From: Thermodesulfobacteriota bacterium
Lineage (GTDB): Bacteria > Desulfobacterota > GWC2-55-46 > JADFVP01
Direction: 5' to 3'
Length of the DNA stretch: 64,000 nt
Assembly (NCBI GenBank): GCA_046754225.1
Contig: JBHHVI010000001.1
Coordinates: 5,776 to 69,775, forward strand
The notes under the pieces were generated by a model, which was not told where the DNA came from, ran no database searches, and was given only the letters and a program-made list of their open reading frames with translations. The translations under genes were made by a program, and so were the position numbers. This document shows positions 29,892 to 38,817 of this stretch, in pieces (positions within the stretch are counted from its first letter, which is position 1; the number at the start of each line of letters is the position of its first letter).

Positions 29892-32173
29892 ATGAGAACG
29901 GGCTCCGCGGAAACCTCTGATTCAACGGCCACTTCTCCTCCGACAAAGATCACGTTAAAGAAGTCTCCTTCTTTCCATTTAAGGGTTATGGGGACCTTGA
30001 CCGTCTCGTCTATGTGCCTCTTTAAAAACCTCGCGCCGTACTTCTTGTTGTATCCCGACTCCACAAGGGCCTCCACCGCCTTATCCTCCACGGCCATGTC
30101 CTTACCGTACTCCTGCAAATGCTCCCTTATCCTTTCAAGATACATCTCCGTCAGTTCCTTTACCTCGGCCATGGTAAGGGGAGAGAATACGATAATATCG
30201 TCTATGCGGTTCAGGAACTCGGGGGAAAAGGTGCTTTCAAGGTCCTTCAGGATATCCTTCTTCAAGACGGCCGTACTCTGGCCCTCGGGGAGGAAACCCA
30301 GGGGTTTTACGTACTTCTTGAATATGTCGGCGCCTATGTTGCTTGTCATTATGATGACGGTGTCGCTGAAGTAGACCCTCTTGCCGCGGCCGTCGGTAAG
30401 CCAGCCCTCGTCAAAGACCTGCAGGAAGAGATTCAAGACAAGGGGGTGCGCCTTCTCCACCTCGTCGAGAAGCACTACTGAATAGGGGTTTTCCCTCAGG
30501 GGGTTGGTGAGGAGCCCGCCCCGCTCCGAGCCCACAATGCCTCTGGGCATGCCTATGAGCTTGTCAACGGCCACGCCTGAATCCTTGTACTCGCTCATAT
30601 CGAGCCTTATTATCTTTTTCTCATCGCCGAAGAGAAACTCGGCAAGGGATTTGGCGAGCTCCGTCTTGCCCACGCCAGTGGGACCGAGGAAAAGGAGCAC
30701 CCCGTCGGGCCTTGAATAATTCTCCTTCAAAGGGCCTTTATTGAGCCGGAGTCTCCTCGAAAGCGCCTCAATAGCCTCTTTCTGGCCTATTATCCTCCTT
30801 GCGATGACCTTCTCCATATCCTTGAACCGCGCCGTCGTATCCCTGAAGACCATGTCCCTTGGAATCTTCGTCTCCTGAGAGATAACCTCCACGACATCAG
30901 TGACCTTTACCGGTTCATCGGGCCTGTTTATTTCCACCTTTACGCAGGCCGTGTCGAGCCAGCCTATGACCTTATCGGGCATCTTGAGGCTCCGCATATA
31001 ACGTTTGCTCATATCAAGGGCCGTATTGATGGCGGAGTCCTCTATCTTTACGGAATAATTCTTCTCGAGCCTCGGCTTTATCCCGGTAAGTATCCTCTTC
31101 GTCTCCTCTACGGTCGGCTCCGGTACGTTTACGAGGCGGAAACGCCTTGCGAGCGCCTCGTCTTCGGCTATAAATTCCTTGTATTCGGAGAGCGTCGTCG
31201 CGCCTATTATCTGCACCTCGCCGCGGGCGAGAGTGGACTTCAGGATATTCGCTGCGTCGGAGGGCACGCCCATGGCGCTCCCGGCGCCTATAAGGGTATG
31301 GGCCTCGTCGACAAAGAAGATTATATTCTTCTTCTCCTTTATCTCCTTTATTATCTTCTCAATCCTGTCCTCGAACATGCCCCGGAAGATGGTGCCGGCC
31401 ACTATGGAGTTCATCTGGATGTTTACTATCTGCTTTCCGCGAAGCCTCTTGGGCACCCGCTCCGGCTCAAGCTCTATTATGCGCGCGAGCCCCTCCACGA
31501 CGGCGGTCTTGCCCACGCCCGGCTCACCCACCACCATGACGGAGTTGGACCTGTCCACGTGGCAGAGTATCTCCATTACCTGCCCTATCTCGGCCTCCCT
31601 GCCTATAATGAGAGGGAGCTTATCGAACCGCGCGAGCTTGTTGAGGTTGACGGCGAAGTGCTTGAGGTTGGGGGGGAGCTCGTACTTCTTCAAGAGTTCC
31701 TCCTCCATCTCCTCCTTGCTCCTGACCTTAACGGCTATGCGGCGCATAACATAATCCGGGTCAAGGCCGAAGCTTCTGAAGACCTTTGAAGGCAGGCTGT
31801 GATTTTCCTGGAATATGGCTATAAAGAGGTCCGTGGAGTCGAGTTCGTCACGGCCCCACCTGTGGGCCTCTTCACGGGCGAGCCTGAAGACGTTTTTTGT
31901 GGCAGGGGGGATCTTGAGACCGAACCCTATGTACTGGCGTGAGATATTAAGGTGTTCGTTCAGGAAACTGATGACGTGGTCGTTATCGAGGTTCAGGTCC
32001 TCCATCACCTCTCTGAAAAACTTTTTTTCGACTATGGAAAAGGCTATAAAAAGATGTTCAACACCGAGGTAATAATGCTGACGGTTCTTACTCTCCTCAA
32101 TGGCTACGTCGAGGATCCTTCTGGCCTTATCTGAAAGCCTGTCCCTTATCTCTTTCAAATCGGTCATCTCCAC
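29888..32173 (-). CDS. clpA: ATP-dependent Clp protease ATP-binding subunit (ClpA-type, two AAA+ modules)
   Basis: 761 aa with Clp-N repeats, Walker A GEPGVGKT and GPTGVGKT, and a ClpP-docking LGF loop (KPLGFLPEG). Confidence 0.85.
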   Translation of the reverse strand: MEMTDLKEIRDRLSDKARRILDVAIEESKNRQHYYLGVEHLFIAFSIVEKKFFREVMEDLNLDNDHVISFLNEHLNISRQYIGFGLKIPPATKNVFRLAREEAHRWGRDELDSTDLFIAIFQENHSLPSKVFRSFGLDPDYVMRRIAVKVRSKEEMEEELLKKYELPPNLKHFAVNLNKLARFDKLPLIIGREAEIGQVMEILCHVDRSNSVMVVGEPGVGKTAVVEGLARIIELEPERVPKRLRGKQIVNIQMNSIVAGTIFRGMFEDRIEKIIKEIKEKKNIIFFVDEAHTLIGAGSAMGVPSDAANILKSTLARGEVQIIGATTLSEYKEFIAEDEALARRFRLVNVPEPTVEETKRILTGIKPRLEKNYSVKIEDSAINTALDMSKRYMRSLKMPDKVIGWLDTACVKVEINRPDEPVKVTDVVEVISQETKIPRDMVFRDTTARFKDMEKVIARRIIGQKEAIEALSRRLRLNKGPLKENYSRPDGVLLFLGPTGVGKTELAKSLAEFLFGDEKKIIRLDMSEYKDSGVAVDKLIGMPRGIVGSERGGLLTNPLRENPYSVVLLDEVEKAHPLVLNLFLQVFDEGWLTDGRGKRVYFSDTVIIMTSNIGADIFKKYVKPLGFLPEGQSTAVLKKDILKDLESTFSPEFLNRIDDIIVFSPLTMAEVKELTEMYLERIREHLQEYGKDMAVEDKAVEALVESGYNKKYGARFLKRHIDETVKVPITLKWKEGDFFNVIFVGGEVAVESEVSAEPVLI

Positions 32174-32333
32174 ACCTCGGAGGTTAAGATGGTTAGAACC
32201 AGTTTGATCTTTTTTAGCGTCTGCCCTTCTCTCTAAAACTCCTCTTGACGACCAGGTCGGCCGATTAGAATATTATAACGTAAAAACAAAAAAATATAAG
32301 TAAAAGTTTAACCACCGGAATTACGCCTTTATT

Positions 32334-33257
32334 TTACCATAAACCCTTTCTCGGTTCATAGGGATTTGTTCTGTCGAACTCCTCTATAAGCTCGGCCGAC
32401 TTCTTACTGAGCCCCCTGGGAACGCTTATATTTACCACTACGTACTGGTCCCCCCTTGCCCTTCCGCGGGCCCGGCTCACGCCCTTGCCCTTTATCCTGA
32501 ATTTCTGCCCCCCCTGCGTGCCGGGCGGGATCTTTATCTTTGTGGCGGCGTCTATGGCAGGGACCTTTATCTCTGCCCCGAGAAGCGCCTCTTTTATTGT
32601 TATGGGCACATTTATGTAAATATCCGCTCCCACCCTCTTGAAGTATGGATGGGGTTTGACCCTGGTGATAATATACAGGTCTCCGGGAGGGCCTCCAGCC
32701 GAGCCCTCGTGCCCCTTTCCGGCCACCCTGACCCTTGACCCGTCATGTACGCCGGGAGGAATCTTTATGGTAATCCTCTCAGAGGCGCCGCTCCGCCTCG
32801 TTACAGTTATCTTGACCTCGCTGCCCTTTACGGCCTTGAGGAAATCAAGTGTCATGGTGTATTCAAGGTCCGCTCCCCTCTGGGGCCCCCTTCTCGCTCC
32901 CCTCCCGCCCCTTGCTCCCCTCTCTCCAAAGACCTCACTGAAAAGGTCCTCGAACCCACCCATCCGCCCGAAGCCCATATCCCCGATGTCAAACCCCCCG
33001 GCCCCGGGCGGCCAGCCCCCGCCCATGCCGGGCTCAAAGGTTACCCTGCCGGTAAGGTCGTAATCGGCGCGCTTCTTGGAGTCACTTAAAACATGGTAGG
33101 CCTCGTTTATCTCCTTGAACTTAGCCTCCATCTGTTTATCACCTGGATGAAGGTCAGGGTGATATTTTCTGGCAAGCGTCCTGTATGCCTTCTTTATATC
33201 ATCGTCGGAGGCGTCCCTCGATACCCCGAGTATCTCATAGTAGTCTTTTTTAGCCAT
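32334..33257 (-). CDS. cbpA: J-domain protein without a zinc finger (CbpA-type DnaJ homologue)
   Basis: Contains [22 protein letters not shown]...HPD, a Gly-rich linker and C-terminal substrate-binding domains. There is no CxxCxGxG motif. Confidence 0.8.
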   Translation of the reverse strand: MAKKDYYEILGVSRDASDDDIKKAYRTLARKYHPDLHPGDKQMEAKFKEINEAYHVLSDSKKRADYDLTGRVTFEPGMGGGWPPGAGGFDIGDMGFGRMGGFEDLFSEVFGERGARGGRGARRGPQRGADLEYTMTLDFLKAVKGSEVKITVTRRSGASERITIKIPPGVHDGSRVRVAGKGHEGSAGGPPGDLYIITRVKPHPYFKRVGADIYINVPITIKEALLGAEIKVPAIDAATKIKIPPGTQGGQKFRIKGKGVSRARGRARGDQYVVVNISVPRGLSKKSAELIEEFDRTNPYEPRKGLW

Positions 33258-33517
33258 GGCTTTTGTGAGGGCAGGCGCTCAGCGCTTACCACATCATATG
33301 AAATCCCGGGCCGGGTTACCTTGACTTAAGTTACAGGGGCCTTTAACGGGGCGCCGTGGGGCTATCGTTAAAGTAGAAGGTTGAAAAAAGGGGGGATGAG
33401 GCTTTTTTGAGGAGATACCGGATGGCTCAAAGACCATCCCCCCTTGTAAAGAAAGGCCGCGCAAAACGGTTCGTCCTATCATGAAAGGGGCGGGTGAAGC
33501 AAGGCGTAAAAAAACCC

Positions 33518-35449
33518 TTAACCCGCGCTGTTCTCCTTATCGTCCACGACCTCGGCGTCCACCACCTCGCCTTCCTCTTTTCCGCCGGCGCCTTCCTCCG
33601 GCGCGCCCGGAGCCTCGGCCCCGGCCTGAGCCTGAGCCTCAGAGGCCTTTTTGTACATCTCTTCGGCCAGCTTATTGGAAACGGCGGTTATGGCCTCCAC
33701 CGCCTTCTTCAGCTCCGCGATATCCTTATCGCCTTCGAGCGCCTTCCGGCCTTCTTCTATGGCCTCTTCAGCCGTCTTGACTTCCGGCTCCGGAAGTTTA
33801 TCCTTGTTTTCGTTCAGGAGTTTTCTCGTGGAATAAACAAGACCGTCGAGCTGGTTCCTCGTGTCTATCAATTCCTTACGCTCTTTGTCCTCGTCGGCGT
33901 GTCCCTCGGCCTCTTTCACCATCTTTTCCACCTCATCCTTGCTGAGCCCGCTCGACGCCGTTATGGTTATGTTCTGCACCTTGCCCGTGGCCGTGTCCTT
34001 GGCCGAGACGTTCAATATGCCGTTGGCGTCTATATCAAAGGCGACCTCTATCTGCGGTATTCCCCTCGGCGCCGGGGGTATGCCTATCAAGTGGAACCTG
34101 CCGAGCGTCCTGTTGTCCTGCGCCATGGGCCTCTCGCCCTGGAGCACGTGTATCTCCACCTGCGTCTGGCTGTCGGCTGCCGTTGTGAAGACCTCCTGTT
34201 TCTTCGTGGGTATGGTGGTATTGCGCTGAATGAGAGGCGTCATAACGCCTCCAAGGGTCTCGACGCCGAGTGAGAGGGGAGTTACGTCGAGGAGCACCAC
34301 CTCTTTGACCTCTCCGGCGAGCACCCCGCCCTGAATGGCCGCGCCGATGGCCACCACCTCATCGGGGTTAACACCCTTGTGGGGGTCTTTACCGAAGACC
34401 TCCCTCACGAACTTCTGTATGGCCGGCATCCTCGTCATTCCTCCGACGAGCACTACCTCGTTCACATCAGAAGAACTCAGACCCGCGTCCTTCATGGCCT
34501 GCTCGCAGGGCTTTCTGCTCCTCTGCACAAGGTCATCCACAATTTGTTCGAGCTTTGCCCTTGAAAGCCTCATGACAAGGTGTTTGGGCCCCGAGGCGTC
34601 AGCCGTGATAAAGGGGAGGTTTATCTCCGTCTCCATGGTGCTTGAAAGCTCTATCTTGGCCTTTTCCGCCGCCTCCTTGAGCCTCTGCAGGGCCATCCTG
34701 TCCTTGGAAAGGTCAACGCCCTGGTCCTTCTTGAACTCCTCCACAAGCCAGTCTATGATGCGCTGGTCGAAGTTGTCCCCGCCGAGGTGCGTGTCGCCGT
34801 TCGTGGCCTTCACCTCAAAGACGCCCTCACCCACCTCAAGGATGGAGACATCGAAGGTGCCGCCGCCGAAGTCATAGACGACTATCAGCTCTTCCTTTTT
34901 CTTATCGAGGCCGTAGGCGAGAGACGAGGCCGTGGGCTCGTTTATTATCCTCTTTACGTCGAGGCCGGCTATCTTGCCCGCGTCTTTTGTCGCCTGGCGC
35001 TGGGAGTCGTTGAAATAGGCGGGCACCGTGATGACCGCCTCTGTCACAGGCTCGCCGAGGTACGCCTCGGCCGCCCTTTTAAGTTTCTGCAGTATGAGGG
35101 CGGAAATCTCCGGGGGAAGGTATTCCTTGCCCATATTTCCGGACTTGACGGCGGCCCTGCCCTGAGCGTCCTTTACCACCTCGAAGGGCACCATCTTCAT
35201 CTCCTCGCTCACCTCGCCGTAGTTCCTTCCCATGAACCTCTTGATGGAGAATATGGTGTTTGTCGGATTTGTAACGGCCTGACGCTTGGCCACCTGCCCC
35301 ACGAGCGTCTCCTTCTCCTTTGTAAAGGCGACGACGGAAGGCGTTATGCGGCTCCCCTCCTCGTTTACAATCACCTTCGGCTCTCCGGCCTCCATTACCG
35401 CCACGGCGGAATTGGTCGTGCCGAGGTCTATCCCTATTATCTTTCCCAT
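33518..35449 (-). CDS. dnaK: Chaperone DnaK (Hsp70)
   Basis: [18 protein letters not shown]...DLGGGTFD..., 643 aa. Confidence 0.95.
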   Translation of the reverse strand: MGKIIGIDLGTTNSAVAVMEAGEPKVIVNEEGSRITPSVVAFTKEKETLVGQVAKRQAVTNPTNTIFSIKRFMGRNYGEVSEEMKMVPFEVVKDAQGRAAVKSGNMGKEYLPPEISALILQKLKRAAEAYLGEPVTEAVITVPAYFNDSQRQATKDAGKIAGLDVKRIINEPTASSLAYGLDKKKEELIVVYDFGGGTFDVSILEVGEGVFEVKATNGDTHLGGDNFDQRIIDWLVEEFKKDQGVDLSKDRMALQRLKEAAEKAKIELSSTMETEINLPFITADASGPKHLVMRLSRAKLEQIVDDLVQRSRKPCEQAMKDAGLSSSDVNEVVLVGGMTRMPAIQKFVREVFGKDPHKGVNPDEVVAIGAAIQGGVLAGEVKEVVLLDVTPLSLGVETLGGVMTPLIQRNTTIPTKKQEVFTTAADSQTQVEIHVLQGERPMAQDNRTLGRFHLIGIPPAPRGIPQIEVAFDIDANGILNVSAKDTATGKVQNITITASSGLSKDEVEKMVKEAEGHADEDKERKELIDTRNQLDGLVYSTRKLLNENKDKLPEPEVKTAEEAIEEGRKALEGDKDIAELKKAVEAITAVSNKLAEEMYKKASEAQAQAGAEAPGAPEEGAGGKEEGEVVDAEVVDDKENSAG

Positions 35450-35475
35450 CTCTTCCTCCTTAAAACTATTGTCAG

Positions 35476-35504
35476 ATAATATAATATTTCAACATTCGTG
35501 TCAA
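35476..35504 (-). promoter_or_regulatory. Consensus sigma70-type promoter for dnaK (TTGACA-N17-TATTAT on the minus strand)
   Basis: Seen directly: -35 at 35499-35504, -10 at 35476-35481, and the dnaK ATG at 35449. Confidence 0.45.
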
Positions 35505-35658
35505 AATCAACGAAAGCCATGACATTACCAATATAATTTAGGTACGGAGAAGGGCTGTGTCAAGGCGGAGCGGATAAATTTCCGGCACGAGGCGGGATAA
35601 AGACCAAAAAGAGGTTTTAGCTCGAAAAAATACTCAATTTCATCAAGTGAGAAAAGGC

Positions 35659-36393
35659 TTACACGTCGCCGAGCACGTACTGCACGATGGATACGGCGGC
35701 GATGGCGGCGGTCTCGGCCCTCAGGACCCTCGGGCCCAGCCCCACGGGTATGAAGCCCCCGGACTCGGCGAGGATTATCTCTTCAGATGAAAAGCCCCCT
35801 TCAGGGCCTACGAGCAAAATAATCTTATCGATTTTGGGAGGGGCTTTTTTCAGGGCCTCTTCAAGGGGGCCCCCGCCTTCTTCAAAAAGCACTATTCTGA
35901 AACCCTGAGAGGCGCCGCCCATGGCATCCTTTAAACTCTTAGAGGAGCTTATTTCCGGCACAAAGGCCCTGCCGCACTGTTTGGCGGCCTCCACAGCCAC
36001 CCTGTCCCACCTCTTGAGCCTGTTCTTCAACCCCGGCTCACCCGGGGCCGGCACGCTCCTTCCAGCCGGATAATAAACAATCTTTTTTACGCCGAGTTCC
36101 GTGGCCTTCTGTATGACCAGTTCAGGCTTATCACCTTTTATAAAGCCCTGTACGAGTGTAATCTCAAGGGGGCTCTCCGCCCTGCCCTCGAGCATCCCGT
36201 CTATCGTCACCGACGCCGACGCCCTGCCTACGGATTCAATGGTCGCGAGAAGTTCGAGGCCGAGACCGTTAAAGAGGGCTATCTTTTCCCCCTTCTTGAG
36301 TCTCAGGACCTTTTTCAGGTGTACGAACTCGTCGCCCTTAATCAAGGCCTCGAGGGAATTCTCCCGTATGTCAGGCGCGAAAAACCTTCTCAT
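35659..36393 (-). CDS. rsmE: 16S rRNA (uracil1498-N3)-methyltransferase RsmE
   Basis: MRRFFAPDI..., a PUA-like N-domain and a SPOUT C-domain (LLVGPEGGFS). The start was placed at an internal ATG of the longer six-frame ORF. Confidence 0.8.
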   Translation of the reverse strand: MRRFFAPDIRENSLEALIKGDEFVHLKKVLRLKKGEKIALFNGLGLELLATIESVGRASASVTIDGMLEGRAESPLEITLVQGFIKGDKPELVIQKATELGVKKIVYYPAGRSVPAPGEPGLKNRLKRWDRVAVEAAKQCGRAFVPEISSSKSLKDAMGGASQGFRIVLFEEGGGPLEEALKKAPPKIDKIILLVGPEGGFSSEEIILAESGGFIPVGLGPRVLRAETAAIAAVSIVQYVLGDV

Positions 36394-36411
36394 GGCGTTT
36401 TTTGATTGAAC

Positions 36412-36692
36412 AATTAAAAAACCTTGGCAGACCCCCGCGGATAGAATCGGGCAATTAAAACCTTTCGCAGACCCTGGCGGATACAATCGGACAATTAAAA
36501 CCTTTCGCAGACCCCCGCGGATGGAATCGGGCAATTAAAACTTTTCGCAGGCCCTTGCGGATGGAATCGGGCAATTAAAACTTTTCGCAGGCCCTGGCGG
36601 ATGGAATCGGGCAATTAAAACTTTTCGCAGGCCCTTGCGGATGGAATCGGGCAATTAAAACTTTTCGCCGCCCCTTGCGAATACAAGAGCGG
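36412..36692. repeat. Tandem direct repeat of seven 40-bp units (consensus AATTAAAACTTTTCGCAGGCCCTTGCGGATGGAATCGGGC), with terminal units degenerate
   Basis: Seen directly: a 40-bp period from ~36412 to ~36692. It fills the rsmE-prmA intergenic space, and the last unit encodes the prmA C-terminal tail and stop codon. Confidence 0.8.
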
Positions 36693-37593
36693 CCCACTGG
36701 CCGGAAGAAAAAGTTTTTAAAGGTTTAAGCCCGTGGCGTGAGTACGCCTCGGTAACCGCCGGGGCCTGTCCCTTGAGTATCCCCGAGAGGACAAGACGGG
36801 CACCATTACAAAGGGCGAGCCTGCCGGAAAGAGCGCCGGCGAGCCTTACCAGAACCCCGGAGAAGATATTGGCCGTAACAACGTCGTATCTTTTCCTTAT
36901 CCTCTCCACGGCCGCCCCGCTTATTGAGGCCTTAATATTATTGACGCGAACGTTTTCTCTCGCTATCTTCACCGCCCCGGGGTCAATGTCAATGCCTGTA
37001 GCCGCTCCGGCCCCGAGCTTCATGGCCGCTATGGCGAGTATCCCCGTGCCTGTGCCCACGTCGAGCATCTTCTGGCCCGCTCCCCCCGCCCCTTTAGCGC
37101 CCCCTCTTTTCAGGATCATAAGGAGGGCCTTGAGGCAGAGTTTAGTCGTGGCGTGGTGGCCGGTGCCAAAGGCCATGGACGGGTCTATCTCAATAAAAAT
37201 ATCGCCGGGCTTCTTTTCCACCTCTATCCACGGCGGCCTTACTACGACCCTTCGCCCGCCGTAAAAAACCCTTACGGCCCTTATCCCGTCCCTCCATTTT
37301 ACGGACCAGTCACTGTCCCTGTATTCCGAGAGGTTAAACTCCCAGCGGATTTCTTCAAGACCCTTCACCAGGGCGGGCAGCTTCCGCGCGGCATCTTCCT
37401 TCTTCAGGTAGGCGACACAGGCGGTGAGGGGGGTTTCAAGGCATGGCTTTGCCTCAGCGGCGCCCGGTAAAACCTGCACGAGCGAATCATCTTCGAGCAC
37501 ACCGGGGCTTCCGGCGGCGATAAAGAAATCTATAGCCCTCTCTTTCGCCATGGCTTTGCCCCAGGCCCTGATCTCTATCCAGTCTCCTGTCAT
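36655..37593 (-). CDS. prmA: Ribosomal protein L11 methyltransferase
   Basis: 312 aa; SAM-binding motif LDVGTGTGILAIAA. Confidence 0.85.
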   Translation of the reverse strand: MTGDWIEIRAWGKAMAKERAIDFFIAAGSPGVLEDDSLVQVLPGAAEAKPCLETPLTACVAYLKKEDAARKLPALVKGLEEIRWEFNLSEYRDSDWSVKWRDGIRAVRVFYGGRRVVVRPPWIEVEKKPGDIFIEIDPSMAFGTGHHATTKLCLKALLMILKRGGAKGAGGAGQKMLDVGTGTGILAIAAMKLGAGAATGIDIDPGAVKIARENVRVNNIKASISGAAVERIRKRYDVVTANIFSGVLVRLAGALSGRLALCNGARLVLSGILKGQAPAVTEAYSRHGLKPLKTFSSGQWAALVFARGGEKF

Positions 37594-37639
37594 ATTTTTA
37601 ATGAGCAGAAAAATAACGCGCCTTCATCATACACTCAGA

Positions 37640-38128
37640 TCACGACCTCATATTCACGAACTGGAGCGCCACGTCGAGGTCCTTTGATTTAAGCCCGCTT
37701 ATAACGGCCTGAAGGTCATCGAGCTTCTTGCCCGTCACCCTTACCTGCTCGTCCTGTATCTGGGCCTGTACCTTGAGTTTAAGCCCTTTTATTATCTTTA
37801 CAATCTCTTTCGCCTTCTCCGTGGCGATGCCCTGGCGTATCTTTACGTTCTGCTTCTTGAGCCCGCCCGAGGCCTCCTCAATCTTACCGTACTCAAGGGC
37901 CTTTATGGAGATCCCGCGTTTCAAAAGCCTTGTTTCAAGAATATCGGCCACGGTCTTGAGCCTTGAGTCGCTGTCTCCCGTGAGGTTAATCTCTCCGGCT
38001 TTGTCCCACCTTATCTCGCACTTCGAACCCTTGAAGTCATACCTGTTTTCGATCTCCTTTACGGCCTGGTTTACCGCGTTATCCACCTCCTGAAGATTGA
38101 CCTTTGAAACTATATCGAAACTCGCCAT
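37640..38128 (-). CDS. yajQ: YajQ-family nucleotide-binding protein (UPF0234)
   Basis: [34 protein letters not shown]..., 162 aa. Confidence 0.8.
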   Translation of the reverse strand: MASFDIVSKVNLQEVDNAVNQAVKEIENRYDFKGSKCEIRWDKAGEINLTGDSDSRLKTVADILETRLLKRGISIKALEYGKIEEASGGLKKQNVKIRQGIATEKAKEIVKIIKGLKLKVQAQIQDEQVRVTGKKLDDLQAVISGLKSKDLDVALQFVNMRS

Positions 38129-38154
38129 TACCTCTCCTTTCCGTAAAAAGCCCT

Positions 38155-38817
38155 CTATCTTTTTATAACAACCACGCCATCGGGCGCCTTGAACTCGAAG
38201 AGGTCGTCCGCCATATCCCCGTTTATGACGGGGGCCGAAAAATCCACACCGGTCCTGCCACCGAGCCGGTCGGTGACGACAAAACCCAGAACGACAAGGT
38301 CAGACTCCCCTACCTTCAGGGTAAGGCTCTCCATGTCGGGCCGGTCATTTTTCGGCGTCAGTTCGATTGTGTAAACCCCCCCTTTTTTACTGACTTTACG
38401 CTCCCGAAAAACCCTCTCTATACTGCCCACTCCTGAGAGAAAATCCTTCGCGATCCCCGACTCCTCTCCCCTTACCATAGTCTTTACCGCCTGATTGAGG
38501 TCCGGCTGGTAAAACCACAGCACGCGCCCGTTACTGATTATCCTGTCCTTTACGGGAGAGATGTAGTCCCACCTCATACGGCCCGGCTTCTTAAGGTATA
38601 CCCTGCCCTTCGAGGTGGTACTGCCGCCGAAGGCGTCCTTTGTGACCTGTGTGAAACCTGCCTCAATGGACTGTATCTTTTCATACCTCTCCTGAAGTCT
38701 TTTAATTATATCACCGGCGCCACGGGCATAAACAGCACCATAGGCAAGGCAAACGAATAAAAGGGCCGTGACAGGCGCAATAAAATCATTTTTCCCTACT
38801 TTAAAACCTCCGGCCAT
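38155..38817 (-). CDS. lolA: Outer-membrane lipoprotein carrier protein LolA
   Basis: 220 aa with a signal peptide. It lies immediately downstream of ftsK, the same order as in E. coli. Confidence 0.7.
   Translation of the reverse strand: MAGGFKVGKNDFIAPVTALLFVCLAYGAVYARGAGDIIKRLQERYEKIQSIEAGFTQVTKDAFGGSTTSKGRVYLKKPGRMRWDYISPVKDRIISNGRVLWFYQPDLNQAVKTMVRGEESGIAKDFLSGVGSIERVFRERKVSKKGGVYTIELTPKNDRPDMESLTLKVGESDLVVLGFVVTDRLGGRTGVDFSAPVINGDMADDLFEFKAPDGVVVIKR

Noticed and set aside
33400-33470. A long-range G6...C6 stem with a T6 tail after dnaK, as the dnaK terminator
   Set aside because: This is a plausible structure, but its long irregular loop makes it a low-confidence call, so I did not list it as a feature.
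35450-35658. A CIRCE (HrcA) operator or sigma32 promoter upstream of dnaK
   Set aside because: I searched both strands by eye for TTAGCACTC-N9-GAGTGCTAA and for CTTGAAA...CCCCAT and found neither. Only a consensus sigma70-type promoter is present.
36421-36440. A sigma54-like TTGGCAG...CGCGG element inside the first repeat unit
   Set aside because: The GG-to-GC spacing is off by one, and the TGGCA part is present in only one of seven units.
36412-36692. The 40-bp tandem array as a CRISPR locus
   Set aside because: The units are directly abutting with no unique spacers, and there are no cas genes nearby.
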